64,000 bases of DNA from Flectonema sp. DT1601. Its lineage: Eukaryota. Below the pieces are notes generated by a model. It was not told where the DNA came from. It saw only the letters and a program-made list of their open reading frames with translations, and did not search any database. Numbering within the stretch: position 1 is the first letter of the stretch; each line of letters opens with the position of its first letter. The position numbers were made by a program, and so were the translations under genes. This document shows, one piece after another, positions 1 to 11,380 of the stretch. The stretch is taken from NCBI GenBank assembly GCA_964019425.1, contig OZ025789.1, positions 496,001 to 560,000 on the forward strand, read 5' to 3'.

Positions 1-1133
1 TTCTTGCACTATATAGTTCTCTGTTGCCCAGGCTGCAATTACCCTTTTTCGGTCTTAATTAGTTTTTCCTTAAGGCTAGCCAGCAATTCTCGCAACCAGT
101 TCTGTTTGTTGAGTAGTTGTGTACTACGCAACTGTTATTAGGAATCCATCTCTAGTTTCGTTTGCCTGTTTTTATTTATTTCAGGTTGAGATGCTGGGAT
201 GATGTAAGTTGGTTAACGTGATTATTTTTTTTCTTTTTTCTCCCCCGTTCAAAATACCTTATCCTTATTGATTTTTCTCCCTGCTTTCACTTTCTTTCTA
301 AAGCGCGAGTAGCGAACAAATTTGCTTTAACACTTTACAACGAGGTTTTTTTTTTCTTGTTTTTTTTCTTAAAAAAAAAAAGCAATAAAAAGGCCTCAAT
401 TTCAGCTCTTTGCTCGGTAATCTTTTTTTTTCTTTTTTTGAAAAAGAAAAAAAAAAAAAAAAAAAAAAAAAAAGGTGCAAAAAAAAAAAAAAAATTAAAA
501 AGAGACGAAAAAAAAAAAAGAAAAATCCTTTTATAAGAACAAGACTAGGGAGAGAAGCAGTAACTCTCTCTCGTGTCTTCGTATCCAGCCTACGACGTCG
601 GGCGACGATTCTTAATGACTCTTGTTCCACTTCTATTGTGGGTTGACCTCACGCTTCCTCGATTAAAACTAAAACTTAACTTAGTTCGCATCTCACAGAC
701 GACGGTGACGATTGAGAAGAAAAATGGAAAATTATATTATTTTTTTATATTTATTTTTTTTTAAACTTAAAACGGAAAAAAAAAGACAAAAAAAAAAAAA
801 TAAATAAAATAAAAAAATAAATTAAGTGAATGAAAAAGCAACAACAACAACAAAAAAAAAAAAAAAAAAATAAAAAAAACACACAAGAAATGTTTTAATA
901 TTAAGTGTTTTGGTTTGGTTTGTTTTTTATTATTTTTCTCACTCTCAGCAGCAGGAGTTCCACTCTCCCCGAACTTGTTTCACCTTGGCTTAGTATTCCT
1001 CACAGGCACAGCTGTTGTGACAAATAGCAAGAAAGACTCTCACGTTAGTATTATTATTATTTTTCCCACTGATCAACCGATACAATTATAGTGTCATTTC
1101 AATTCACTTAAAACAGAGTCTGGCCTGATGTAA

Positions 1134-3446
1134 ATGTTGCACACCAACACTAGTAGAAGGAACCTCAAATCTGAGGGTGATGAAACGGAGTGGCCGTCTC
1201 TATATTTAACGGCGAAGAAAATCGCCTCAGCAAGTCTCCCGGAGATTCGAATGCATAAACACTATTCACATGGACACGGTGAAATCAAGAGAACTGCTTT
1301 ATACGTGGTTGCAGTTCTTGTGATCGTCGTCTTGTACAACAGAACAGTACTGCGACCAACTGGAAAGGAAACACAAGTTAAAATAATTCGACAGGACACT
1401 ATCTATGAACACATCCCTCAAATAACTGAGGAATCATTCCCTGTAAGATCTCAGGGGAATCCTCGAAAGTCTGGAAAAAAAAACATCGACATAGACCGAC
1501 AATACAGTATTACACCTGTAAGACTACGGATGTGTTTAAATAACGATGCCGTGCTTGAGACGAATGTCACTGTGTGGTCAATGCCCAATCCGAAAGACAG
1601 TGGCAGCATCGATTCACTCGAGTTATTAATAAAAAGAGCAAAACAATTCTCAGACATTCCATTCTCAGCTTTCCTTATAGAACTCATTGAAGATGCGCTA
1701 AGCATAGATCACAAGCTCAGATTACAAAGCTCCGGATGGACTTTTTGTACCGTGAGAAGAATAGGATCTCCACGAGAGCAGTTCAACTTGGTTCAGCTTT
1801 GGAATGTTCCAGCTGAGACAGTCATTTACATAACTCCAAATGTTCATATTTCAGGGAGTATCTCTTCTTTACTCACTACTATTGTACCAGAAAAATCGAA
1901 TATTGGTGCGACAATGGACTATGATGAATCGTCGTCGTCTTGGCGTAGTGGATTCAGTACGGGTGTTTTTGTCATTCATCCGAGTCAACGAGATTATGGA
2001 AAATTAAAATCTATGTTAAAATCTACGAAAATACAACACAAAAAGGGTGAAGGATTCTCAACGTTGGTTAATATGTTGTGGGTAGCGAGTTGGTATGAAA
2101 TTGGTTTTCACTATGCCGCGAATACGGCACTTTTTAGAATTGAGCCTTTGTTTTGGAAAAGTCGAGCCTATGATTTTCGTATCATCCACTACACAGTAGA
2201 ACTACCGTGGCAAGCAGAACTGTCAACAGAACCTAATAATTGGTGGAAAGAAGAGTTAGACAGCAATAACTTTGAATCATCACTTTATAGAAAACTATGG
2301 ATGAATATGAAAGATGACGTTATCGGTACAGATACTGCTTTACCATTACAATATTTACCAGATACAACACCAGATCCGCTACCTCGTGACAATCATAAAG
2401 TAGCTTCAATTCCTTCAACACAGGATCAACAAACCCTTCGGATCTACACAGAAGATAGAAGGCCTGTTAGGATTAAACGTCGAATTATGGATATTCACAA
2501 TGATGTTTTCCCTGACGATGCTCCCTTTGAAAAGCAATGGGTAATCACTTTAGGTATTCCTTCCATTGATACTGTCAAGGGTCAAATATTAAGGACGTTG
2601 CAAAGGCAATCATGTTTTGCTTATGAAACTGTTTGGGGATACAAGAAAAATAATGATGCGAAAATGGTAGTGAAATACCTATTGGCGTATCATCCAGAAA
2701 ATAATTATACTATCAGCGAGAGGCTTATCACGGAAGCAAAGTCTACAAAAGATATTGTTTTTTTTGATTTGAGGGAGGGTCGACCGGCAGCTCCCGGAGA
2801 ACAACTTTTCGAAAGAAAAGCGTTACCAGTCTTGGTGGGAATGAGTAGAAAGATTTATGCGTGGTTTGCATATGTTGCTGATAGGTTTAAAACAGATTAC
2901 GCAATCAAGGGTGACGATGATGCTTTTTTTAGAGTAAATCTCTTGATTAATGAGTTGTCTTCGTATAGATTTCCAAAAGTTTATTTTGGAAGAGGACTTA
3001 TCTATTCAAAATTAAAAGGTTCTTTTCGAACTGACGGTCCACTCGTTGCTTTAAGCTACGATCTGGTCGACTGGATTAGAGATTCAAAAATAGCAGAAGA
3101 ATATACTGACTTTGCGTTTGAAGACGTCCTTCCAACGATTTGGATGTGGGAAGCAAATTTAAGAGCGAATAACATCAGCGATTGTAGAGTTCAGCAATTT
3201 AATCAAGACATTCGAAACTATAATTACAATGGAAGTATGCTCATTCACGGATTTAAGAGTAATCGACCTGAACAGTTTTTTGAATATCGAAGAAGGTACC
3301 CTGATAATCATGTTAAACCACTTAAAATTCAAGCCCAGCTTAGACTCGTAGATGGTGAATTTGTTCAGTTCAATGAGAGAGACAGATGTCCACAAGAAAT
3401 GATCGACCGACTGCTTATGAGAAACAACGACTCTGATGTTGACTAA
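1134..3446 (+). CDS. Type II membrane glycosyltransferase: degenerate GT8/glycogenin-like domain + GT31/GT67-like beta-1,3-galactosyltransferase domain
   Basis: 770-aa ORF with an N-terminal signal anchor (ALYVVAVLVIVVLY). GT8-like segments FSTGVFVIHPS and IIHYTVELPW. The C-terminal domain has KGDDDAFF and FEDV, typical of GT31-type/Leishmania SCG-like enzymes. Confidence 0.75.
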   Translation: MLHTNTSRRNLKSEGDETEWPSLYLTAKKIASASLPEIRMHKHYSHGHGEIKRTALYVVAVLVIVVLYNRTVLRPTGKETQVKIIRQDTIYEHIPQITEESFPVRSQGNPRKSGKKNIDIDRQYSITPVRLRMCLNNDAVLETNVTVWSMPNPKDSGSIDSLELLIKRAKQFSDIPFSAFLIELIEDALSIDHKLRLQSSGWTFCTVRRIGSPREQFNLVQLWNVPAETVIYITPNVHISGSISSLLTTIVPEKSNIGATMDYDESSSSWRSGFSTGVFVIHPSQRDYGKLKSMLKSTKIQHKKGEGFSTLVNMLWVASWYEIGFHYAANTALFRIEPLFWKSRAYDFRIIHYTVELPWQAELSTEPNNWWKEELDSNNFESSLYRKLWMNMKDDVIGTDTALPLQYLPDTTPDPLPRDNHKVASIPSTQDQQTLRIYTEDRRPVRIKRRIMDIHNDVFPDDAPFEKQWVITLGIPSIDTVKGQILRTLQRQSCFAYETVWGYKKNNDAKMVVKYLLAYHPENNYTISERLITEAKSTKDIVFFDLREGRPAAPGEQLFERKALPVLVGMSRKIYAWFAYVADRFKTDYAIKGDDDAFFRVNLLINELSSYRFPKVYFGRGLIYSKLKGSFRTDGPLVALSYDLVDWIRDSKIAEEYTDFAFEDVLPTIWMWEANLRANNISDCRVQQFNQDIRNYNYNGSMLIHGFKSNRPEQFFEYRRRYPDNHVKPLKIQAQLRLVDGEFVQFNERDRCPQEMIDRLLMRNNDSDVD

Positions 3447-4717
3447 TCGGGTTTACGAATTTCTTTTTACACTTTAATTACACACCTACATGTTAGTATC
3501 CTTTTTTTTTTTTTTTTTTTTTTGCTTCTGCAACGTGCCTAGTTTTCTTATTGATTATCTTTTTTGTACTTTCACTACTCTCCCTTTTTGTTTCTATGTC
3601 TATATCGAAGATGAGAGGAAATGGATAACTCTCCGAACCTGATAGTTACTTTAAGAGGTTACGTTAAGAATTACTATGTGTTGTTGTCGATTCCGATCAA
3701 TTGAAATATTATTGACCTGAGATAGCTTTTTTTTTTTTTTTTTTTAAAAATAAACCCGAATTATTAACATTTTCCGAATACATCCGTCTTGGTTGTGACT
3801 TTTATCGAATGCTTTGTAATCTCCTTTTTTTTTATTTTTATTTTTTTTTTAGAGAAACACTTTGGGAGTTCAGATCAGAGTTCATCACTGAAAACAGCAA
3901 ATCCAAAAATTAAAAAAAAAAAAAAAAAAAGGAGAGGGAAAAGCAGAAATTAAAGAAAGGGGAAAAAAAAAAAAAAAAAATTCTCTAAAATCCAAGGTGG
4001 TGTCTAAAACTATTATTTTTTCTTTTCTTTTCTTATTAAAGTCGTTCCTTGAAAAACATAAAATAATTGCAATCCAGTTGTAGAAATTCGTTTCATGAGT
4101 ATCCACATCTGAAAATTATTTCCCCTCTATTTCAGGATACTCTAACAGCATAACTGATGGTACAGAAATTTTTTATTTTCTCTTTTTTCTAAAGGTAATT
4201 TTCTTTGATTAACAACTACAAATATTATTCAGTTAAGTACTTTTGATATTAATTTTGTTTTTAATACCCTAAAGTTGTTACTGTTTTTACATTGTCAAAG
4301 TTTCACCCCCTCTATTTCAGGATACTCTATTACCGAACAAGATCAAAGGCTCAATTATATTTCTTTTCTTCTTCCTCCAGCTGATCCACAAGACCAGTAT
4401 TGTTTAGGTAAAAAGGAATGTTTGGATAAAAACAAACAGAAACTATCAAAATATTTTTGCATTACAAGGGTAATTCTTTTTCTTTTTAACAGTTATCGGT
4501 GGAAGGGAAACTTTAGTTTCATTTCAACAAAATTAGAACTGCGAATGACTTAATCACAAGGGTAGTGAGTGATGAGGTTACCGTCATTTGAAACTCGTAG
4601 TTCTAGTGACTGGCTAGTAGACATTGCGTCTTCTGTCGGCACCACTCCTTTAGTAGAAGTGAAACTTCAGCAATTTTAATGATCTCTTCTTTCAGTAGAT
4701 TACTAAGAAAAAAAACA

Positions 4718-5857
4718 ATGCAAGTTTTTGTGACGTGTCCGGATTTTGGACTCCCTGCGGTGTCAGTGACGGTTGGTGCTGATTCCGTTGTGAGCGACGT
4801 GTTGACGGCGGCGGCTGAGGAGTGGGACATCGATCCGGAGGAATTTGAACTGTCGTTTGCTGGTGACCCCCTTTTCGAAACGGAGCGGTTAGCAGATCGT
4901 GGAGTGGGGACAAACAGCGAGGTGGAAATGTGGAGGAAGCAATTTCGGATATTCGGTAAATGCTGGTTTGTTAATGATATAAAAAGAGAGAAGCTGCTTC
5001 TTTGGATGAGAGACCACATTACGGAGAATTTATATCTGGACACCACCTCATTCTCGGAGGATGGTCGTCTCGTTGTTGACCGTCTTTTGCTTCCTTCAGA
5101 AGCCAAACGGATTTCCTTCCGCCATTCAAATTCCAACAGCATGGTCATCTCACAGGTTACTTCTATTGGAGACGATTTCTTGTACAGGTGCTCACAAATC
5201 ACTTCCCTTGACTTTTCAGGTCTCAGTGGTGTTACGAGTATTGGAAATAGTTTCTTGTATGATTGTTCAAGCATCACTTCCCTTGACTTTTCAGGTCTCG
5301 GTGGTGTTACGAGTATTGGAAATGATTTCTTGTATGATTGTTCAAGCATCACTTCCCTTGACTTTTCAGGTCTCTGTAGTGTTACGAGTACTGGAAATAG
5401 TTTCTTGTTTAATTGTTCAAGCATCACTTCCCTTGACTTTTCAGGTCTCAGTGGTGTTACGAGTATTGGAAATTATTTCTTGTATGATTGTTCAAGCATC
5501 ACTTCTGTTGACCTTTCATGTTTTAGTGGTGTCACTAGTATTGGAGATAACTTTTTGTCTGAGTGCTCACAAATCACTTCCCTTGACTTTTCAGGTCTCA
5601 GTGGTGTTACGAGTATTGGAGATAATTTCTTGTTTAATTGTTCAAGCATCACTTCCCTTGATCTATCAGGTTTTGGTAATGTGAATGAAATTGGTAGTCT
5701 CTTCCTCCATTGCGATAGTGACTTCGCAAGTAAGTGCAACCTGGAATCTGTTCAGCTGCCTCAAAATAATGACGCTCTTCTTGAACTTCTCTCTGTAGAA
5801 ACCGTGAATAAGTTTTTAAAGATTAGAAGAACGCCTGAACAGCAAACAGAAAAATGA
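4718..5857 (+). CDS. Ubiquitin-like domain + BspA-type leucine-rich repeat protein
   Basis: Likely start is MQVFVTCP at 4718, after TCTTCTTTCAG (AG 4694-4695). N-terminal Ubl-like segment (LSFAGDPL..LADRGV). Seven 25-aa repeats of the form VTSIGxxFLxxCSSITSLDFSGLSG. Confidence 0.8.
   Translation: MQVFVTCPDFGLPAVSVTVGADSVVSDVLTAAAEEWDIDPEEFELSFAGDPLFETERLADRGVGTNSEVEMWRKQFRIFGKCWFVNDIKREKLLLWMRDHITENLYLDTTSFSEDGRLVVDRLLLPSEAKRISFRHSNSNSMVISQVTSIGDDFLYRCSQITSLDFSGLSGVTSIGNSFLYDCSSITSLDFSGLGGVTSIGNDFLYDCSSITSLDFSGLCSVTSTGNSFLFNCSSITSLDFSGLSGVTSIGNYFLYDCSSITSVDLSCFSGVTSIGDNFLSECSQITSLDFSGLSGVTSIGDNFLFNCSSITSLDLSGFGNVNEIGSLFLHCDSDFASKCNLESVQLPQNNDALLELLSVETVNKFLKIRRTPEQQTEK
5156..5713 (+). repeat. 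Coding tandem repeat, 75-bp unit x ~7.4 (LRR units)
   Basis: ATCACTTCCCTTGAC (or a close variant) recurs every 75 bp (5198, 5273, ...); units are highly similar at DNA level. Confidence 0.9.
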
Positions 5858-6315
5858 TTTTATAGTTTTATATTTCAGAATTCTTTGTGTAGTTTAAGTT
5901 AAAGCCAATTCCCTATTTTTTCGTTCTCCTTTTAACAATCATCAGTGGAAGAGTGAAGTAATGAACACGGTAAGATACTTGTGTCCCTTCTATTTCAATC
6001 CGTGTCGCTTTATTTCCTGTCGCTTTATTTTGACCTTCCTGCGCCAATCCCCTTTCCCTTTACGTCCTGTATCATCCCCGTATTTATTTGCCCTTTCTTT
6101 CCTCGTCTTCCTCGGCACAATTTCTTTCAATAGCAAAGAGAGTTTGCAAAGCCTATCCACAAAAGTCAAGAACAAATAACGTGTCAATTTATTTTGTTGT
6201 TTTTTGTTGAAGGGATGAACGTCAAAATTTCTGGAGAAGCTGACGGAATAACACCACAACCGTGAGAACTCTCATTTTTCCCCTCAAATTGTCAACTGCA
6301 AGTTGATTGAACGAC

Positions 6316-6369
6316 AAAGGTCAAGAGAAGTGGTTTGTGAACACTTGGACAAAAGATTATTTCAAATAG
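6316..6369 (-). pseudogene. Inverted degenerate fragment of one LRR unit
   Basis: The reverse complement reads ATT TGA AAT AAT CTT TTG TCC AAG TGT TCA CAA ACC ACT TCT CTT GAC CTT. This aligns to the LRR unit ATT GGA ... TGC TCA CAA ATC ACT TCC CTT GAC TTT, with GGA changed to TGA. Confidence 0.65.
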
Positions 6370-6640
6370 GAACTTCTATCTCTCTGTTGATATTCGGAGC
6401 TCTGTTACTGGTGATTAACTTCGAGAGAGCAAAACAATTTTGTGTGTGTTCGTAAAGGGGTTTTCTGATTTCTGACTAACAACGCCAAGCCCTATGCAAA
6501 AGTGATTCTCTAACCCTATATTACCTCACCCCTCAGGAATTACCGAACAAGATCAAAGGCTCAATTATATTTCCTGTCAAGTACTTGATGCTAATGTTTT
6601 ATATTGTCAAAGTTTCACTCCCAACAGACACGCATGAGTA

Positions 6641-8167
6641 ATGTTGTTATACATAAAAAAGTATCCCATTCCCGCAGCTCTCTTTGGAACTTCTATCTCT
6701 CTGTTGATATGCGGAGCTCTGTTACTGGTGATTAACAACGTCGTTGAGAAACCTGGAAATCTAAAATTGAAAGCTTTATCAAAAAATGCAACAGCAAACG
6801 GTGCTGTTTGCCTAGACGGAACTACACCGGGATACTACTACAGAGAGAAGCTTGACAAGGATGTATGGCACATTCATTTTCAAGGTGGTGGATGGTGCTA
6901 TAACGAGGAACATTGTTATCAGAGGTCATTTACCGATTTAGGGTCCTCAAAAAACTGGATTCCAAGAGCCAAGGGAGAAGGAATTTTAGACGAGGATTGC
7001 GAACACAATCCGGTTCTGTGTGATATTGGTTTAATTTTTCTTCCTTACTGTGACGGTACATCCTGGTCAGGCAATCAAAGCGACCCAATCACTCATAATG
7101 ATAAAAAACTCTTTTTTAGAGGAGAAAAAATTCTAACAGAGACTTTAAAAGAGCTGCTTACATTGGGTCTGACAAGTGCCAAAATGATAATAATTTCTGG
7201 TAACAGTGCTGGTGGAACAGGTGCGGAATTACACGCAAATCGACTTAACGATTTTTTCCACGAAAACATACCTGAATTGAAAAAAATACTTGTCATATCA
7301 TCATCTGGTTGGTTTGCTAATTTACCGAATTCTGACGGAAAACAAATAATTGCTGATCAGTATAAGAATTTGTACCACATGGCAAACTCTTATATATATC
7401 CCGGTGCCTGCACCATGACTGGTGAAGAGCAGTGGAAGTGTTTATTCCCTCAGTACTTATATCCAAATATAAATCCTTCTTACTTTCTTGTAGAGTCAAA
7501 AATAGACGCTTGGTCAGTCCAATGTATCCTCGCTGCCGATCAGACGGGATGTGCTCGGACATCACTGGGACAATGTTCTAGGGAGTTGTGGACTTGTACG
7601 AATGAACAAATTACAAAATTAAATAATTTCGGAAAAGATGTTGAAGAAACCATCACATCAAGTCATCGGATGTTCACCAGACCGGGTAATGGTGTTTTTC
7701 TTCACACTTGTGAAACTCATGGATTATTAGCACGTGACTACCTGAGTGTCATCTCTATAGGAGGTATTACTATGGATCAAGCTGTAGTAAATTGGATAAA
7801 TAGTAATTGGAATGAAGTGTCTCCTGCGCAGAACACTGTCGATACTTGTGAATGGAACAATCAAACTACACCTCGTTATTGCAACCCATCATGCGGTCTT
7901 GACCATATCGTGAAGGATACGACTGTTGGCCATTATATTAGTTCGTTTTTTAGAAGATTCCCTCTGCTTGCATCGAGTGCTGTTTTAGCATCACTTAGTT
8001 TGATTATTTGCGTGTTTACGATAGCGAGGTTGTGTTGTTTTCCGAAGGGAAAAAAATCTGTTTTATTACAACTTAACAATGACAGCATGAAGGATTGTAA
8101 TTCTGTTGATGAAGATGATGATTCAATAGATGAAAACACTGATGAGACTGACCGGATTGTTGTTTAA
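6641..8167 (+). CDS. Pectin acetylesterase / Notum family hydrolase (CE13-like), membrane anchored
   Basis: Motifs AVCLDGT.PGYY, HFQGGGWCY, YCDG.SWSG, nucleophile GNSAGG and C.TH. Hydrophobic segments at both termini. Confidence 0.9.
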   Translation: MLLYIKKYPIPAALFGTSISLLICGALLLVINNVVEKPGNLKLKALSKNATANGAVCLDGTTPGYYYREKLDKDVWHIHFQGGGWCYNEEHCYQRSFTDLGSSKNWIPRAKGEGILDEDCEHNPVLCDIGLIFLPYCDGTSWSGNQSDPITHNDKKLFFRGEKILTETLKELLTLGLTSAKMIIISGNSAGGTGAELHANRLNDFFHENIPELKKILVISSSGWFANLPNSDGKQIIADQYKNLYHMANSYIYPGACTMTGEEQWKCLFPQYLYPNINPSYFLVESKIDAWSVQCILAADQTGCARTSLGQCSRELWTCTNEQITKLNNFGKDVEETITSSHRMFTRPGNGVFLHTCETHGLLARDYLSVISIGGITMDQAVVNWINSNWNEVSPAQNTVDTCEWNNQTTPRYCNPSCGLDHIVKDTTVGHYISSFFRRFPLLASSAVLASLSLIICVFTIARLCCFPKGKKSVLLQLNNDSMKDCNSVDEDDDSIDENTDETDRIVV

Positions 8168-8361
8168 TGAATCTATTTTTGAAGCTTCCTCGAACTCACT
8201 TACATTATTGTTTTTTAATTATGCTGATCGACTCTAAAATATTCATGTTGTGTACCTTGTGCAAACTTAACAGTCGGGTGGTAGTAGTAAACTTTATTTG
8301 ACTTCTTTCTGTCTTCCAGTCAAAAAAGGTTTTTATGCAGTATCAAATTACTCCCTTCTCT

Positions 8362-8460
8362 AACTATTCAGAAAATGCATAATGTTTATCTATTTTTCCC
8401 TGCGCGCCGGTAATACTGTCTGCGATCAGCAAAAAAAAACATAAAGGCTTTTATCTGAAT
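8362..8460. repeat. Dispersed repeat family R1, diverged copy
   Basis: AACTATTCAGA...TTTTCCCTGCG...TGTCTGCG...AAGGCT...TCTGAAT matches the copies at 9100 and 47377. Confidence 0.55.
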
Positions 8461-9099
8461 GGGTTTTTTTTTTTTTTTCTTTGTTATGTGTGTGTCATTA
8501 TAATGACGATTACCTCACTTTTACTACGGAATGCATATCTCTAGAGCTGGCTTGGTATTTAAATAAATAAAAAAAATCATAGTAGGAACAAAAAGTCTAG
8601 TTCTCTTTTGTAATAAGTATAGTTCTGTTGATTTTTCTATAATTTTTTTTTTTTTTTTTTGAATTTTTTTTTGCTTCAAAATTATCGTAGTGCGTGTTTT
8701 TTTTTTAAAAAAAAAAAGTTAGAGCTACGGATCTCTGTATGACTAATTGTTTGGGATGTATTTTTTCGACCAAATCTAAGAAATCAGTTCTTTTGAAATA
8801 GACCAATTCATAAATCCGATTTATTAATTAACTGGGATGAAGTCCCTTAGAACTTACTGATGAAGGCCTAAAAGGGATGAGTAGTGTAGCTATACCTTCG
8901 ATGTTGAGAAATTGAAGAAAATGAATATTTTTCGTTTACTTTCATGTTTCTTTATTTTGAGTTTGATCTTTATGTTATTATATTCTTATTTAAATTCCTT
9001 GCGTTCAATAGAATGTTTTCGGTTCCGACTGACACAGCAATTTACTATGCTACTGAACTTTCCGCTTCCGCTTCCCCTTTTTTTTTTTTTTTTTTTTTT

Positions 9100-9224
9100 G
9101 TACTGACGTAGTCGGAGAAGAAACTATTCAGATTGAAAGCCGATATTTCTTATGGTCATCATGATTTATTTTCCCCATGCGACAGGATTTTGTCTGCGTT
9201 CAATGAAATATAAGGCTAAACTGA
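9100..9224. repeat. Dispersed repeat family R1 (candidate short non-autonomous mobile element)
   Basis: Closely matches 47377-47500 over ~125 bp; preceded by a T-run. Confidence 0.85.
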
Positions 9225-9528
9225 GTGGTTTTTTTTTTTTTTTTTTTTGCACTTTTCATACTTTGTGGAGGAGAATTCCAAAATAAAGCGGAAATAAAGG
9301 TGCTTTAAACACTGTGTCCGTGTGGAAAAAAAAAAAAAAAAAAAAAAAGGAAAAGCAGACCTATTTTGTTGGAACGTTTGTGGCTAATTTAATGAATCTA
9401 TTTTTTTTTTTTACAGGAGCGAGACGAGATGAAGTAATCGATTTGTCAGTTGTTATGGTCTCTCTCCCTTGTTTAGTTTTTTTAAAACGTTTATTAAATA
9501 CCATTCACAATAAGGTGCTAACGACTGA

Positions 9529-11380
9529 ATGGTGATTACCAATGGAGGTCCTGGTATTCGGAAATCCGCAACGAGAAAAGGTCGAGAAAGCACGGATGGA
9601 AGCAGCAGCGTAGGCGGAGGAAATAAAAGAGTACCTGCTCCCCCAAGTTTAAGTATTGTTCAAGAAGCAAGACGAAAAGATGTTGTTGGGAGTAGAGCAA
9701 AGAAAGACATAATCAGAAGTCGTAGTAGATCACCAGGTGACCTCACAAGAATACCTGCTGGACTTCTAAAGAGAAGCGTCACTCCACAAGTACATAAAAG
9801 AACTAGTAGTGTTACTCCTAACCAGCCAGGAAGGGTGAGTGTGAAGCCGAAAGTGTCACCTAGAAGTGCTTCTCCCATGGTTCCTCGCACTGAACTTCGA
9901 GGAGCTTCTGCTTCTCCATTATTCATAAGAGAACGAGGTGCTAACACTGGAACACCACATGCTGAAAGAGAGAAACTACTAAAGGAGGTTCATCAATTGA
10001 GAATGCATCTCGCTAAGGTTACAACAGAACGAGATCAGTTACGAACAGAAATATCAAGGACATCTCGAAGGAGAGGAAGCGACACTGCAACTAAAAATAA
10101 AACAACAAATGGAAAATGTTCCAGCGACCCCGCCCTATTAAAAGGGATTGACAAGGACATGCTTTCGAATTTTGGAATCGACTTCGAAGATCTTACAGTT
10201 GACAAAACTTCAGTATTAGGTAGTGGTGGGTTCGGAACAGTGTATCTGGGTGACTATCAGGCGACTGACGTTGCTGTTAAAATCCACAGAGCGGACAAAG
10301 AGTGGACTGAAGACGAACTAGACGTTTGGAAACGTGAAGTTAAAATAATGACTTTACTCAGGCATCCTAATATCCTTATGCTTCTCGGTGCAGTCTTTGA
10401 AAAAGAACGTCTCGCCATCATAACCGAATATTGTGATGAAGGGACCTTACAGCAGATGCTGTTTAGAAAATCAAGCAAACAAACACCTGTTACTTGGGAA
10501 CGGAAATTACACTGGTTGATGCAGGTAGCCAAGGGAATGGCTTTCCTTCACTATAAAAGAATATTTCACAGAGATTTAAAATCAGCTAATGTATTTGTGA
10601 CGGGTGATACGATGAAAATAGCCGACTTTGGTCTCAGTAAACTCGGTAAAGGTCACGATGAACGATTAGCCTCTTCCCTTCGAAGTGACAGTCGAAATGA
10701 GACTAGTATGATCCAGGTATGCTCTAAATCACTTTTATTATTATTATCACAAATAAAATAACAACAACAACAACTCTACTATACCAACAACAGGGGACAT
10801 TCGCTTTCATGGCGCCTGAAGTATGGGCAGAAAAAGCTTACAGTGATGAATGTGACGTCTACAGTTTTGGAATCTTAATTGTATGTACAGATGATTTTTT
10901 TTTTATATATATATATGAGAGAAATATTTAAAAAATTTAAAACCTAAACCAGATTGAACTGCTCTCTCTTGATATTCCCTTCGAGCGTGATTTCGGAGAT
11001 GATTGCAGCTGGCGTATTATGATGTACAGATCGAGACCTAAGATTTTAGCTGAGGTGGGGGGCCAACCAGTTCCACTCGGTGTACAAAAATTGATTGAAG
11101 TCTGCATCAGTGAGGTATTATTTATTATTTTCTTTCTTTTTTTTTTTTTGTTTATAATGTGTCGATTTTTAATTATGAATAAAAAACAATAATCAAACAG
11201 CCTGAGCAACGACCACCATTCACGAAGCTCGTTTCTTTAATAAATACTGAAATGGCTTACCGATATGCTCAGGATGTGTCACCATGGCCTGATAGTAAGT
11301 TTGATCCGTGGGTAGGCACAACCTGCAGTGAGTGGCCCTCCAACATACCTGATCCACTGAGCATCACAACCGAAGACTAG
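9529..11380 (+). CDS. TKL-type Ser/Thr protein kinase with N-terminal low-complexity region and coiled coil (4 exons)
   Basis: Exon 1 has GSGGFG, VAVK, HRDLKSAN and DFG. Removing introns 10717-10793, 10881-10952 and 11115-11200 (all GT..AG, phase 0) restores GTFAFMAPE, DVYSFG and PEQRPPF. TAG at 11378-11380. Confidence 0.9.

Noticed and set aside
298..900. Short poly-K/poly-F ORFs here and in other spacers (3885, 9314, 11555, 26945, 40333-41012, 61986-63366)
   Set aside because: They are translations of poly(A)/poly(T) tracts with no protein-like content.
4603..5739. 274-aa minus-strand and 207-aa alternative-frame ORFs over the LRR gene
   Set aside because: They are by-products of the stop-poor 75-bp repeat.
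5990..6259. Basic 89-aa minus-strand ORF as a possible retroelement remnant
   Set aside because: It is explained by a pyrimidine-rich + strand and has no recognisable motif.
8857..8905. CTGATGA followed by AGG..CCTT as a hammerhead ribozyme
   Set aside because: The required GAAA after stem II is absent (CGATG), and stems I and III could not be built.
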